DNA of 41,702 bases. Origin: Octopus bimaculoides. Taxonomy: Eukaryota. Every line of letters starts with the position of its first letter. The stretch's first letter is position 1. Where the stretch lies: the NCBI RefSeq assembly GCF_001194135.2, contig NC_068981.1, forward strand, positions 118,168,624-118,210,325, written 5' to 3'. The translations under genes and the position numbers were made by a program. Below the pieces are notes generated by a model. It was not told where the DNA came from, searched no databases, and saw only the letters and a program-made list of their open reading frames with translations. Shown here in pieces: positions 25,031 through 40,320 of this stretch.

Positions 25031-27137
25031 GATAATCGATCCACCACTCCCACTATCACATTATGGCATTATTTTTTGTCAACTATTAATAGAATGGTTG
25101 TCAGAGACGACCCAAGAGGGATTTCAATTTACAGCATAAGGAACGTATATAATTCAACACGATATTTTGGACGAGGGTGTGTTCTCACACGATTAACTCG
25201 ATCTCCTGAAGGAGGAAAAGCAATGTCAGCCCCGGTAACGTTCAAATGTAAAAAGGTTAACGGACGTAACTAAATACCACAAAGTACGTTGACACTCGCT
25301 CTTGCGAAGTTACTAATCTATCTTTTGTTATTCTGCCAAATAATAATTGTAATTACAGCTACTTACACTAGATACTTTTAAAGCAATTGGCAAACTCATA
25401 CCTAAAGAATTTGGATATTAACTCGATAAACATACAAAAAGTATGCAAGAGCATTTAGATTCAAATTAGTAAAGAAATTATTAGAAAAAAGGAATTATTA
25501 GAAAAAAGCTGCTTATTTTTCATTAGATTAGTAGTCTAACAAAAGGAAAAAGAATCGAAGAAACCTAATTAGATACTTGAAAAAATATTACTCGGTAGAA
25601 AATTTTAAACAAGTGATTCTGAAAGCAAAATGTGAAATATTGAAGATTTACAAGTAATTCACTTTTCTTGTGCAGAAAAGTGACTTCATCTTTAACCAAA
25701 GAAAAGCAATTGGAACGCAAGTGTAGGCAAGCATTATTTATATGTGAGCCATTTAGATAATTTGAAAAATATTTATTACAACCTGGGCACCGGATTGAAA
25801 AACCAGAATAAGACGATCTGTGAAAGGAGTCTTTACGCCGTCTCTCGGCCTGCTAAAAATATTAGCCGATTAAAATACACCATCATTGTAAAAGAGGGCA
25901 ACCTTCAAGAGATTCAAGAGATTGCTTGTAACAACTGGAAATGGCAGTCAAATCAGCCCATACACGCCCACCCCCCATACACACAAACTGAGGAAACACT
26001 TGCATAATCTTATATTCACGAATAGAAATAATTCTATCAATAACATTTTCCTGGAAGAACTGTAGAAATTGGCTTCCTCGAAATATGTATGACACAGAAC
26101 GTAGCAGTTTCACATATGTTAAACAAGATTCTAGCACCATTGCAGGATCAAGCATAGATAATCTATTAAATTATACTAGTGAATTATGACTGAACTTATA
26201 TACGTCTGGGCTTCTTGATATTTCACATGGCACTATGAAATACCGTTTTATTAGCACTATCTTGTATCAAAAAGAATACACTTGAATTGTTAATTGGAAA
26301 ATAGGTGCAAAGCGCTGAACTAGAAGCTCCGTTAGTATATCATATGTAAGGTAATGCTCACAGTCACAGATTTCCGTGCACACAAAACAAGATTGTAATT
26401 CATAGAAAAATTAAGCAAAACATTTTTATAGAAATGCTATTTGAACAGCTATTTTAATAAACTTTAAAAGAAAACTATTGCGTATCAGCAGATAACATAA
26501 ATATGTCAAACTTCTCAGTATGGCCTTGACATATTCATTTGGTGAGCTACGACCAAAATTGGTTTTCTGTGCTTAAACAATCAGCTGAGGATCAATAGAA
26601 ATTTGGTGATTTAGAAAAGTGTATGAAGCTAGAAGTTCATGAAAGAAGCTAATATTTAAATGTTGTATATATACTCATACACTGAAACTGTGTCGGCAGT
26701 CTAGTTTTGTTCGTTGTTTTATTTCCGTTTGTGAGCAAATGCAGTGTTTTGCAGTTTAAAATTTTAGCCAATGTATTATGTTTAGGATTGATTTAGACAT
26801 CTGCAAATGAGCTGTCTCGATTAAAAACATCTTATTACTTAACAATGCAGGAAAGATTAAGGGAAATGTTTACAATAAAGAGTATTTATTAATTGAAGCG
26901 AGTTGTAAGTGCATGCCAGTGTAGAAAACTCTATGCTATTTATAACAATATTAATCACTTCTAACACAGTGTTATAACCAAAACATTTAAGGGAAGGAAC
27001 AGTCGATAATATTGAACCCAGTAATTTAATGGTATCAAGAGAGAAAGATGTAAAGGAAAAAAGGCAATTTAGAAAGTAAAGGGACAAGTTATTGTATTCG
27101 ACGCTCTACTGATCTACAGTATAATCATTTATCATTT

Positions 27138-27446
27138 ATCTTTTACTTGTTTCAGTCATTAGACTGCGACGATGATGAGCACCACCTTGAAGAATTTTGA
27201 TAAATCGACCCCAGTACTTATCTTATCGGCCTTTGTTGCCCAGCAGGTAGGTTACCGGAACGTAAACACACACACACACATAAAAATATATATTCGACAG
27301 GCTTCTTCATGGTTCTGTCTGCGAAATCCACAAGGCTTTGGTCGGCTCGTGGCTATAGTAGACGTCCATTGCCCAAGGTTCCATGCAGTTGGACTGAACC
27401 CGGAATCATGCAGGTCGCAAGCAAGTTTCTTACCACACAGGCGCGC
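27138..27446 (-). mobile_element. SINE family A copy, decayed
   Basis: Head, core and 3' end recognisable on the - strand. Confidence 0.75.
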
Positions 27447-28077
27447 ATATTCATAAAGATTTCTAACATTAGCGTAAAACACTCATTTTATGGTGGAGTA
27501 AAATCGATTAAATCAAATTATATGCATAAAAATATGGCTAAAAGTCAACTAGACAAGCTACATTTCATCAGTTTCATTTACCCAAGTGATTACAAAGCCA
27601 ATTATTTTAATATATAAAAGTGAATGTATATATGTATAATATATACTGTAGGCCATCCTTTTGGGTACCTATCTGAAATTTGTGGTGAAGATCAATTTCC
27701 CCAATGTCATAGGATGTATGACATTTCCCCATACGTTACAGAGAAGGTATTGCATAGATGTCATAATGCTTTTTAGAATTAACATTACCAGAGTAACTGA
27801 AGAAAACAAAAGTAACTCTTAATGAGAAATTCAGCGCATTCATATTTAGCCCGGCTAGACGCATATGCGAAGGTCAACGTGAAGATGTTTGAAATTCTTG
27901 CCTGGAACAGTGTCATTAAGTGTCCATTTTTGCAAACTAAATATTGGAAAAGTTAGCATATGGGTTCAAATACCAAAATCTATAATGTCGTTCAATTTAA
28001 TCTTTATTTAAGACGATAAAATTTCTGGAGAATTCGGCTGCCGGGTTAATAAAATGTCTGCTAAGGAATTGCTCCAA

Positions 28078-28180
<103 letters not shown>

Positions 28181-28898
28181 ACCTTACGCTTTCTTATTTA
28201 CAGAGTAAGTGGCTGATATAACAGGAGATTAAGCTAGTTATATCGGTGAAAGTGTCGGTTTCAGAGACGGTGTGTTTTCAATTACTTAGGGAGGGTGAAC
28301 AAATGGGAGGTCTTCGGTTGTGTGTGTATGTGCGTGTTCGTCTAATATATATGAATATACATATATCAACTACGTTAGCATCGTTTTTATAAGATTTAAT
28401 TGATTTTTTAAAATCCTTTTCCTACGGGTTTAAAAACTGTAGGTATTCTTCTACATTTAGAATGTATAATATTTTCATAAATTTATAACGAAAAATTTTC
28501 TTTTCAGTTCTAGTATAAATGAGAAAAGCTCAACATCGATACGTAACCTTTCCAACAGGTATAGATACTTTCTTGTGATGATTAAAACAAAAGAACTACA
28601 CAGGAAAATGTTTATCATTGCTTTCTCCATGACCACAAGTAGACTTTTACATACTAACGATGAGACAATAACTTCTCAATTTTACTTTGTTTACCTTGAT
28701 ATCACAAGAACATTATACTCAACAAATTACTTTCAGGATTTTCGATTAATTTGGAAGAGAATAGTGTTTAAAACAATTCCAGAATAATTAAAGAAAAACT
28801 TTTATGTTTCAAATAAACCCGATTGCTTAAAATTGCTTCGTATCAAAGGTTCAAAATTGTTTTCAAAATAGGAAGTATAAATATTCTTAGGTACTTAC

Positions 28899-29353
28899 CT
28901 AACTGCATTTTGGCCGGAGATTCTGGTGGTAACCAGAACAAAACCATTGTGAGAGAGGATAAAAGTACGCAAGGCAATATCAAAATATAGTTGTAAAAAG
29001 CAACTTTTCTTTTAATTTTCAATGTAAACGTCAAATCGGGATATGGTTCCGAGCAACACGGATAATATTTTGTGTGCTTAATTGCAGATGAATCGAGAAT
29101 ATCCCACTCGTTACTAGGCACATAGTCTGTAAGTTCGAATCCCTGTACATTTTGCCAAAATTTTACATCTAGTTTATTTCCATCGTAAGTCCAAGAGCCG
29201 AATTTTAAGTAACAAGTCTGTGCGTCGAAGGGAAAATATGTGATGTCTATTGAACATGAACTTTTAAAAATTGCCTGTGGCATCCAGAACACCGTACCAT
29301 TGTATTTGAGGACTACCAATGCATCACGTTTCTCTTCTAACCGGGTATCAGCA
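28899..29353 (-). CDS. nAChR alpha-type subunit, 455-bp exon (Cys-loop, loops B/C, M1, start of M2)
   Basis: Acceptor ctctttccag| and donor G|gtaagt. Encodes ADTRLEEKRDALVV...CSIDITYFPFDAQTC (Cys-loop), WTYDG (loop B), YYPCCSEPY (vicinal cysteines, 29053-29058), M1 FYNYILILPCVLLSSLTMVLFWLPP, then ESPAKMQL. Confidence 0.97.
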
Positions 29354-30138
29354 CTGGAAAGAGATATTAAATATATTAAAGAAACAGACGTCCGAGAAAA
29401 ATAAATAATTACTTGCTTTCACAGTTCAAATTTAAGACAACACATATAGACATATGCATTTAAGCACACACAAACACACACACGAATGCATGTACGCACG
29501 CATATACACAAATTTTATATAGAGCTTCAGTAGACTCCTTGTGCTGAGTGTCGTTTAAAAATTTTATTTTCAACTTCAGCTTCCAGGGTTCCTCCCCAAT
29601 ATATAGCATCTTGGACAAATTTGTTTTACTATTGACTCAGGTCGAATCATGACTCATGAATGAAACTACGTAGATGGAAAGTGTTGAATTTAGAGTGCAT
29701 GAATATGTGGTATACTCAGCTACGAACACGCTAATTCAACTGCTGTTTTAGTTGACTGAACACTGAAAAATTGTGCTCACAGTCAGCAATTACGACCGAG
29801 AGACATTATATTATTATATATTTTCATATACAATGCTGCTGTAAATATATGTCTGTTAATCCTAGATTAGTCAATGGCATCACGCACCATTGCATTATAT
29901 GATATGCATACAATATTTATATTTGATCAAAATAAAATATAATTCATTCATGAAAAGCATCCATGTCCATATTAAATTAAGGAGACCGATAGCATTTAGT
30001 AATATTATTTCTAAACCTCTGCAATATATATACGATATGTTCATTTATTCAAATCATAAAATATGTTTTCAGTGTTCGAGGACGTCGTAGTTTCTCCTCA
30101 TCCATTAAGACCTCCGTAAATTTGCATATATTACTCAC

Positions 30139-30248
30139 TAGTTATAAAGTTTTATATCTGGCATCCAAATAGCATCAGGTGGTATTCTGACATTTTTTAT
30201 CATTCCGTAATCTTCTGGGTTCCACTTCAGGTAAATGTCTCGCCATTG
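30139..30248 (-). CDS. nAChR alpha-type subunit, 110-bp internal exon
   Basis: Acceptor tttccttttag| and donor |gtgagt. Encodes [36 protein letters not shown]+TA. The 110-bp size and the W..D..L.W / W.PDI.LYN motifs match the conserved nAChR exon 4. It splices in frame (TA|T = Tyr) to the next exon. Not in the supplied ORF track. Confidence 0.93.
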
Positions 30249-33200
30249 CTAAAAGGAAATAAAGAATATTTCATAAATAAACATTATAAGTTATTTGGTA
30301 AGATATAGTTCAATGTTAATATCAGAATTATTAGAATGTTTGACAAATTACTATAGGTATTTATCTCAGCTTTTTACATATACGTTTTAATCCTGTTTGT
30401 CTTTGACTTTTACAAAATCCCTTAATTCAAATACTGAGGTAATAAAGTGTGAGATTTTGTGTCTGCATAAAACTTTATTGAAAGAGTGTAAAAATAATAA
30501 TCTTATAAAACTATTTCCCTGTCGTAAAATCATACAACAATAATAGACTGTCTAATCACCAGAATGTATAACCTTGGCTATTTTTGAAACATCTCAGATT
30601 TTAAATGAAATGATAGCGAGTAAATGTTAATAAAAGCAACAAAATGAAAATACCATAACATCAACTGCATTTTAAACCTTATTAATTTTATTTAAGAATT
30701 ATATTCTATAAATTCTGATCTATTTTATGTGCATGTATAGAAATTATAATGGTAAATGACGAACCGGTGTGAAATAAATCAAAACCCCAGTTCAAGATAA
30801 AATATTGGTTTCAAATTTTGGCAGGACAGCAATTTCGGGTATGTGGAGTGAAATCGAGTATTACTGACTCTATTCCGATGCCGCAAAGATCGAAATATGT
30901 TTGTTTAAATGTCTTGATTCAGTCACGTTTATAATATATACTTCTATACTTCAAATAATTTGAATATCTACTGCTAAGAGCATTCATTTTTGTTAATATA
31001 ATTCTCACTTTCGTCAGCAATTAAATAGATTTATATATATAATATACATATTAAGTTATAATTACGTATTTCCATCTTCTTGAAATACCTACAGGTGTGG
31101 TATAATGCTTTTCAACTCGTAGTATATTATATAATATAACCTGAAATATTATTCGGAAATCAAATAAATCCATAATTTAAATTGTACATATTTTGCTGGA
31201 AATTCTAAGATATTTTCTCGCTGTTGGAGAAAAAGATATTCAAGACATTGATCGCTAAACTTTAACATACTAACTGCGATATAAAAACATACGGAAAGTA
31301 ACGACAGGAAAAACATATAAATCTAAAATAAACACATCGCATCACCATTTTTGAACATGAAGTAAACAATCATTGTAACTAAAGAAATTGACCTAATTTA
31401 ATTATATCACATTAGACATTCGTTACATCCATTTAGAGATGATGATTGTTAGTAACAAGGTTTGACATATACAAGAATATATTTTCAAAGAGACAATGAA
31501 TAAAAAAATGTTAAATAAATCGTTATTGATTAGACAATTAACAAAATTCATCTCCTTACTAATTAATGGGCACAAAAACTGAAAAACAAAGATGAATGCA
31601 AAATATACCAAAGATATGTATGCCTGTGAGTGTGTTGTATGTGTGTATAAGGTTTTAAATGAGAGGAGAAAAAAGGCAGAGAAAGAAACACAGCATGTTT
31701 CACAGAAGCGTGCAGAGAATTAGATATAGATACATGAAAACAATAAAATATCTGCAGTTCAGCAGTACAAGGTAGAAGGATTGACTATTAAAGGTGACAG
31801 TGTATCGCCGCCCCCACATCAAAGTAAAATTGAATTAAAAAAACTAGAAATTAGGTTAACAGACTTTAGCATTTAAGGCATAAACAAATGAAGAGAAAGG
31901 TATTGAAGTATTTATGTAGTGTTTAATGAATTTCAATAATTTGAAATGTATATAGTGTATGCTAAAATCGAAATATAAGAAAGTACGAGGTACTAGGCAA
32001 ATATTGAGTTCTAATCTTAAACCATTTTTCAGAATGTCCCAATCCAGGTTTTATATTTATACCTGACTATGTATTTATTTACTCCTTGGTTTTTCACTAA
32101 TTGGAATTCTTTCTATAAAGAAGTAGCCAGTTTGTAACAAACAGACAAAACTTTCAATGCCAAAAGGTTGATAACAGCAACTGCGAACAGCTATATGCTT
32201 TGCATTAGGATGGTGCTACCTACATGTTCTTTGGTCATTTCCCGTGTGTGTAATCACCGCTTTTCAAGATTATTACTTAGTTAGTAACCTAACCAATCAT
32301 TATAGCTACAAATGAATTTATCATTACTCGGGAGAAGTTTTGACTTTTGAAGCAGTTGCGGATAACATTTTAGTTTCCTGGTTTTGAAACACCATCCACA
32401 CAGGTCCTGTTGACAATGGCTGTGCAGGCGTATTCTTGAAAACAATTTTGTATAACCATTCATTTATCATTCTACTGTAATAGAAAAAAATCTACCACAG
32501 AAATATTGTGACATCATTGTGACAATGATTTGATAACGAAAAGGCGTTTGACTTTAATCCCAGCACTTTGTTACCGAAAACATTATATCTCAAACATGCT
32601 ACTGTAGTTGCTGTCATCCTAAGGCAAACAACGACACAAAGACTCACTCAGTCATCAGCTTTGGAACAGCAAGATAAATGTTTCCTAACGTTTTCAAAAG
32701 AAACGTTCCAAGTAGATAATCTCCCCTTATTTCTGCTTCTTTTCTAACTATAACCACTGCATTTAATTTTACGAAATTTTGTCTTAATGTGTGGTTTCCT
32801 TAACAATATGTATTACCTGCGTAACAAACAATTATTATTTATTTTGTGATGATTTGTATTTTTAGGATGAAAATATATACAAATTTATACACACTACATA
32901 ATTAATAATGACATAACCTTCAAGACAAAACTCACTGAAAGGTCTCTAAACGCCACTTATCCTCGAGTTCTGTCAATACCTAGTTTTTGACAAATATGTG
33001 TTAGTATATGTGTTATGAATAAAGATACAGCAACAAAATATATCGTGCAAATCTTTTAAAATTATGGCAGTCAGAGCTGTTTCCTTATGACAGGGTTTAT
33101 TTCGCAATCAATTTGTAATATAATAATATATAGCGAACCCTACTAGGAATGTGCATCATTGAATGCTTCTGACGCTAATTGAAATCTTTCAGCGAAACTG

Positions 33201-35050
33201 TGGCATCGAGAAACATTACGTCCGAAAGAAGATGATAAATGTCATATGAGCGACATATATCACTGATATAGCATCTGTTTAACAAATGCACCAACCAAAT
33301 GTTTGTTCCTCAAAAGCAACATATTACGAACAGATTAAGTACTCTTGAAGAAACATTCAGTTCTGAATTTGTTGCATTCTACACTAGAATTGTCGGATGA
33401 ACCTATCGCAGCAAATGATTGAATTAGAAATATTCCGTACGCCAAGAGCAGGAAATAGCTATGAAATACCTGTTGAACAAAAGAGATAGGAGAAATACCC
33501 AAGAGGCTGAGATTAGTAGCTGTTTGGAAAATGTTACACTGAGACTACCTTCTAATTCAATATTGCGTTGTAGTTAAAAGGCTATAGAATACCAGTGTCA
33601 ACATGACTGCTAAGGAAGAAATACGCCAAAAAGTATTCCTGTCTTCTAGATTACTCATGTATTTTAGACACAATAAATATTCATATTGAAATCTATACTA
33701 AATTCAAGCACCACAGGCCTGTCATAGTTCTTTTCGAAAGCAGGAAAGAAAATGTATGTAATATAGGAGTCAACTTCACAGTGACAGCGATTATTTCAGT
33801 TATTGTCAATGAAAAGGAGAACACTTATGAAAAAGCATTTCGGAAAACAAATAGACTGTGAACACCTTGGTAATTTAGTTGAAGCATTCTATGAATTTAT
33901 TTGTATGGGGAGCAGTGAAAACATACAACGTTTTCCTAAAATTACAAGTTGTAACTCAATTGTTACTGCTGACTAACTCCTGATAACAGAGTTTTCTTGC
34001 GAAAATTAACCACCACTTCTCAAAAAGAAATCGTTATGAAAGAGTTAAGACTAAAAGAGACAACAAATAATGTATACAGATACATTCTAAGTGAATCATT
34101 TGAGAATATGATTTTCCCAGAAACGCGACGAAATAGAACGGCATCATGTGCAGGTGAATAATTATGTATCGTCCTTGCGAGACTAATATTAAAAATCTCT
34201 CATAAACAACATTATTTGTAAATGAGTAATTCAGTATTGATGCTTGCAATTAACCTTCGTACACCCATCCCATTTTTTCTTATGAATACTATATTAATGA
34301 ATTTTTAATTCAATAACAAAAAAGAGCAACTTAAATACTCTAGTCCTCAAAATAAATTACTATTATATACACTATTTACTCAAATCCGATGAAAGTAATG
34401 ATAAATACCATTAATATATTAGGTAGGTATTTATACTTTCGTTTAAGTATTCAAATATAATCTTCCAGCAATATTTAAATAATCAACGTATCTAAACAAG
34501 AAACATGATTGACTTGCTGACTGCTTTCAGATAAAAAAAAAACATGTTATTTTCATCGTCGTTGGCTTTAAATAATCTAGAATATATGCGAAAGCATTTT
34601 CAAAAATGATTTCCTCCGAAATTTACACACCCAAATATGAAATATAACTATTATTTTCCAGGATAGAGCGATGAGAAAAAAATGAGATTATATTATATTA
34701 CACAACTTGTAACAGAGAGGCTTTTCATGAATTAAGTCGTTAGTTAGTCGGATAATTTACAAAGGATTAAAACAGATTTACCTGTAAGAAAAAGTAAACA
34801 AAAGGATTTGTGATATGATCGAACCGTAACATAGTTGCAACGCATATAATCTAAATCCGAAATAACATATTCCCTTTATGACACATAACTGACGAAGTGA
34901 AATCCTAATTATATCTCAACACATGAATGTGCGCTCAGAACTGGAAACGCCTTGTCGGCTAGATATAATATGACTTGAGTCCTATCAAGCCAAAGAATGC
35001 GCTAGAAGCATCCTGTTGTGGTCCTTAACGGAATACTTCATTTTTATTAG

Positions 35051-35102
<52 letters not shown>

Positions 35103-36242
35103 TATATATGCACATATATATATACATACATATATATGTGATTGTGTGTGTGTGAGTGTTTATGTATTTGTATATGTTTGTATTTATATATTTCATTTAT
35201 ATATCTAAAAGATATATTTATCGGCAAGGAAACCAATAAACTGCTGCTATTGAATGAAAATCTCTTATGACACTGAACTCTATCCCATATCACCTTATGT
35301 ATCTCATCACCTTAATTTTAGAAACCAGTGATTTGGTCCAATACTCACCTATGGTATTGATCACAAAATGAGGTATAAAATAAAAACATGGATAAACCCA
35401 GTTGAAGAAATTCCTAAGCTCTTTTCATTCCATTCTAGTTACTATCTGATGATCTAAAACGGACTAAGACCACCATCTACTCCTTCCATTCCTCAATTAC
35501 AGCTTAAAGTAGGTATTCTCACTCAAAAGATTCCAATAATGTATTTATGACCATTCTTAAAATTTTTGTTTGCGAATAGTTATGAACATACCTGTAATTT
35601 CGATAAAGAAATGATAGAAGTTGAGAGTTCCTGATATATTCAATCTTGTAAATATTGACTTCAAATTTTGGCAGTAGACCAGAAATTTCAAGGGAGTAAG
35701 TAACTTGATTACATCAACCTCAGTGCTCAAATGCTATTTATTTTATTAACCCCTAAAGTATGAATGGCAAAGACGATTTTAGCGGAATTTGAACTCAAAA
35801 AATTATTCAATCTTTTAAACATTGTAAATACTAATGACACTCTAGTTGAAGTAACAAGAATTTGAACTCTATTGTCAGAAATAAAAATAATTGGTTGTTT
35901 TATATTGTGGTTTGATAATTCAAGGTGTCAGAATAGAAATGCATTCAAATATATAGAACATTCGAACCACTTTGAAATTTATGACAAACTTTGTGATTAA
36001 ACAATTGAAACCTCTTTGCCATTTCCCATAAAAACAATTAAAATCAAAGAATATGTCACGCATAAATAAATTCATCAATTCTAATGGTATCGATTGCTTC
36101 AAGAGAAGAGATCCTGTTCTTTTTTCTTTCAATAATTGTTCGATACCACACACACAAGTATTACGTTCTTCCCTGCTTTAACACGCGAAGTATGTACACA
36201 CACTCTCACACATGCATACATGCACACGCACACACACGCATA

Positions 36243-36313
<71 letters not shown>

Positions 36314-36324
36314 TTATTCATCTA

Positions 36325-36416
<92 letters not shown>

Positions 36417-36699
36417 TACATACATATTTACACGTATATACAGCACCCATACTTTCATGCATACGTACATATGTGCATATTTATATGTGTTTGCAGGGGT
36501 GGGGGGTAAAGGAGCGAGGCCGTGTGGTTTCAGGTTTGGCTCATGTATGTAAGACTGTTGCTATCTTCTACTTTTGGTTTAATTCATATAGGTATTCTCT
36601 CTTTTCCTCTCTCTCTCTCTCACTCTCTCACCCATTCCCTCCCTCTCTTTCACTCTCTCTCTCACTCAACCTCTCTTTCACTCTCTCTCTCCCTCAACC

Positions 36700-36730
<31 letters not shown>

Positions 36731-37356
36731 ATCTCTCTTATTCCCTCTCGTGACAACATTTTGATTATATGGTATTTTTCTTGATACTTATGGAACAATT
36801 CTCAGAACATCCATAAACGATAGTACACTGTCTGTTATTTGTCATTTTATATTTATCTTGTTTTCTATTTTCTATTTATATTATGTATTCATATTTATGC
36901 TGTTTTCTTTCATCGTCCTGACGTGTATCGATAGGTTTGTCGTATTCAATCTGGATAAATTTCGGTATGTGTGTAGTCTTTGATGATTCCACTAGAGGTG
37001 CCGATGTTGTGGATATATCTAATTTGGATATGTCTAATTTGTGTTTGAATGAGATTTGTATGTTTGTTTATCAACAGTTTTCATGTAATGGATATGTTCA
37101 TTATATGATTGTGGTTACTTGTGTAAATGCTTGTGGTTATAAGTGGCGTGTAGTCTGTTAACATATATAACTACAACTAATATGTAAATTTAAAGCGCAC
37201 GTCTGAGCAATAGTCATAATATAAATACCAAATTATCAAGTATAATCAATGAAGAGGCAGAAAGTAAATACCACCAGCAAGGACAAATTCAAAGAATGAA
37301 GACGCAGTAACAATGTACTCATTCGTGCCCATAAGTGTCAATATACTACCAGATGA

Positions 37357-38200
37357 GTGTTCAGACAGTTCTACTCTCGAGATTGGTATGAAGTAAAACT
37401 CGAGTTACGGAATAACCAGGTTGCTTTACAAATGGGCGCACAAGATTTAGTCGGGATTTATTTACTACCCGTACTCCATAAAGAACTCCCAGAATTTGAA
37501 GGTGGTCTCTACAGGGATGATGCTCTGTTTGTAGTTCGAAACGCTTCCCACCGTAAAATCGAAATATATCAGAAGACATTACACAATTTTTTTCAAAAGC
37601 CATGGACTTACCATCTCAATTGAGCAAGATCACACTTCTATGAACTTCTTGAATGCAATTTGTAACCTCACTACTTCAGCTTACCAACCATACCATAAAC
37701 CTAATAGCAATATTACTTATATACATGCGCACAGCAATCATCCTTCTAATATCCTTGATAACATACCTTATAACATTGAAAATAGGATTAACTCATTATC
37801 CTCAAATGAAGAAATTGTTAATAAGCATAAAGACTACTACAATCGGGCTCTTAGAAATGCTGGTTATAAATACCAAATTAAGTACAACAAATTTAACAAT
37901 GATTTTTCCAATCATAACAACAGCTATATGGATATGAACTCCAATAAACACGCCACAATTTCTAAACACCATCATGAATTGGAGTACTCTGGCACAAAAC
38001 TTAACTCTATGAAGTTTATTTGTAAATATAAATCCTCCATAAAAAAAACAAAAATTGCAACACCTATGGACCAAATAACAGGACTTTTACTAACCAGACA
38101 TCTACCAATTCCTATATTTCTAATAAGACAAAGAATTATAATATCACTGGCAGTCATTACGAGAAAAACATTAACATAGCCGGAAATAATAAGACGAAAC
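37357..38200 (+). mobile_element. Decayed Penelope-like element RT/thumb fragment
   Basis: QMGAQDLVGIYLL, GLYRDDALF (YRDD at 37510-37521), then YHKPNSNITYIHAHSNHP...IENRINSLSSNEE...ALRNAGY; frameshifted. Confidence 0.8.
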
Positions 38201-38915
38201 ATAGTCTTTTCACATAAAATCTCTTATTTCTTTAAATACTCTAAATCCACCACACAACTACCTGCTTCAATACCAAGTTCATGCGGATAATTTATCCGTC
38301 CCTCTCCGACTTTCGTTTATGCAATTGAAAAAACCCGTATTGCTTATGGGATGAACGAATATATATATATATACATGCATTTATGCATGTATGTGTGCTA
38401 ATAACCCTGTAAAACCAACAAAACTTGAAAATGCTTATTTCGTGATTTCCAGTCGATTTTAGACGCTTTTAGGTAGTTTTCATTTTTGCAAAACCACTAT
38501 TCATTTTGAAGTCTAGATGGTTAATATAAGTGTGTGTGTGTGTGAGCGAGAGAGAGTGTGTGTGATATATATATANNNNNNNNNNNNNNNNNNNNNNNNN
38601 NNNNNNNNNNNNNNNNNNNNNNNNNNNNNNNNNNNNNNNNNNNNNNNNNNNNNNNNNNNNNNNNNNNNNNNNNNNNNNNNNNNNNNNNNNNNNNNNNNNN
38701 NNNNNNNNNNNNNNNNNNNNNNNNNNNNNNNNNNNNNNNNNNNNNNNNNNNNNNNNNNNNNNNNNNNNNNNNNNNNNNNNNNNNNNNNNNNNNNNNNNNN
38801 NNNNNNNNNNNNNNNNNNNNNNNNNNNNNNNNNNNNNNNNNNNNNNNNNNNNNNNNNNNNNNNNNNNNNNNNNNNNNNNNNNNNNNNNNNNNNNNNNNNN
38901 NNNNNNNNNNNNNNN

Positions 38916-38976
<61 letters not shown>

Positions 38977-39049
38977 ATTATACATATTATACATGTATAT
39001 CTATACATATTATACATGTATATGTATACATATAAGCATGTATATAGAT

Positions 39050-39280
39050 AAGCAGGATGGTTCCATATATACTAAATTGTACAGGAATAGTGCCAGCAGA
39101 AACCTGTAGCTGCCAGCAGCAAGTGCTTTCTAAAAAACATAGTACATAACAGCTATCCTCCTTTTTCAGGCAAACGATTGTGTTTAACAACACTAATGTG
39201 GGTAAATCATATAAGAGGGACATACTCCCAGGTCTGTTGAGTGTTTTCTGAAACTACATATTTCGACGACAGAATCACTA
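39050..39280 (+). mobile_element. Possible very old Penelope-like thumb remnant
   Basis: DGSIYTKLYRN resembles the PLE 'I.T.LYRKPT' motif; downstream similarity is weak. Confidence 0.25.
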
Positions 39281-40099
39281 CTGCCATCCCCCTGCACAGA
39301 AGGACGTGCCATAGAACTAGTGCACACCAGTCCATTCCTGAAAGAATTTTTGTCTAGAAATCGTACGACAGATAACACGGTGGGGTGCTCACAATCAAAT
39401 ATATCCTATATAGTATACTTGATGTCCTATGTTGTATACGAGATAGCCTGCAGTAAACGTGGGGCATCTTACATGCGGGGCATCTTGCACTTGGGACATA
39501 TTTATCACTACACTAGTCATGGGGAAATATTTATCACTACACTTGTCATGTTGAATTCAATTAAGGATTCGCGTGAGTGCAAAGAAAATTATAAAAAAGT
39601 ACAGAGCATCTAATATGTGTTCGATTGCCTAGATTGTGGACGTTACTTGGAATTTGTGTATCAAATGGATCATCAATATGCAATAAAATACTTCAGTGCC
39701 TCGAGAGAGTGGGTAGTGAGTGAATACGAAAACTAAGTTTAAGCATGGCTCTTGAATATTTGATATCTTGAGGAGGAAGAAAACTATTGTTTGTAATGAA
39801 ATGTAATAGTCATTGGATGTTTCGTCATATTCTATTGCATAAAGCAAGGAGAGAAAAAGCCTGAGGAGATGCTGAAGGAAATAAATGAAGGAAATATATA
39901 TAAAAAACATGTAAACCGTTGTGATAATAAATCAGGTAGAAGGTCACAGGAATCATAACTGTCTCACAGCATCACTAAGGCGTGCATAGCTTTCAAAGCT
40001 AACAAATACCAAGACCACCACAGAATGAATTATTTATTTTCCTTTTATTAGTCACAAATTTTGATCCGTTTATCAGTTAACATCATTTATATTATTACG

Positions 40100-40320
40100 G
40101 TGAACTGGTAGAATCATTAGCACGCCGGGCAATATATTTAGTGGTATTCCGTAAGTCTTTACGTTCTGAGTTCAAATTCCGCCGTGATCGACTTTGTCAT
40201 TCATCCCTTCGAGTGTCGACAAAATTAGTACTAGTTAAGCACTGGGGTCGATGTAATCAACTCATCACTTCCTCCGAAATTATGGCCTTGTGTTAAAATT
40301 TGAAAAGTTATTATATTCCA
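40100..40320 (+). mobile_element. SINE family B copy
   Basis: GGTAGAATCATTAGCACGCCGGGC...GTTCTGAGTTCAAATTCCGCC...CTGGGGTCGATG. Confidence 0.8.

Noticed and set aside
27670-27812. Strong minus-strand acceptor as the nAChR M2 exon
   Set aside because: Phase-1 joining gives KMQL-VTLVMLILKS..., which lacks the expected Gly and any M2-M3 (P....P) pattern.
28899-29353. Octopus chemotactile receptor
   Set aside because: Those receptors lack the canonical ACh-binding residues and vicinal cysteines, which are all present here.
33670-33745. FEKNYDRPVVLEF on - strand as an nAChR N-terminal RPV exon
   Set aside because: The Y-to-RPV spacing is too short, there is no LxQI/IxDV motif, and a stop follows.
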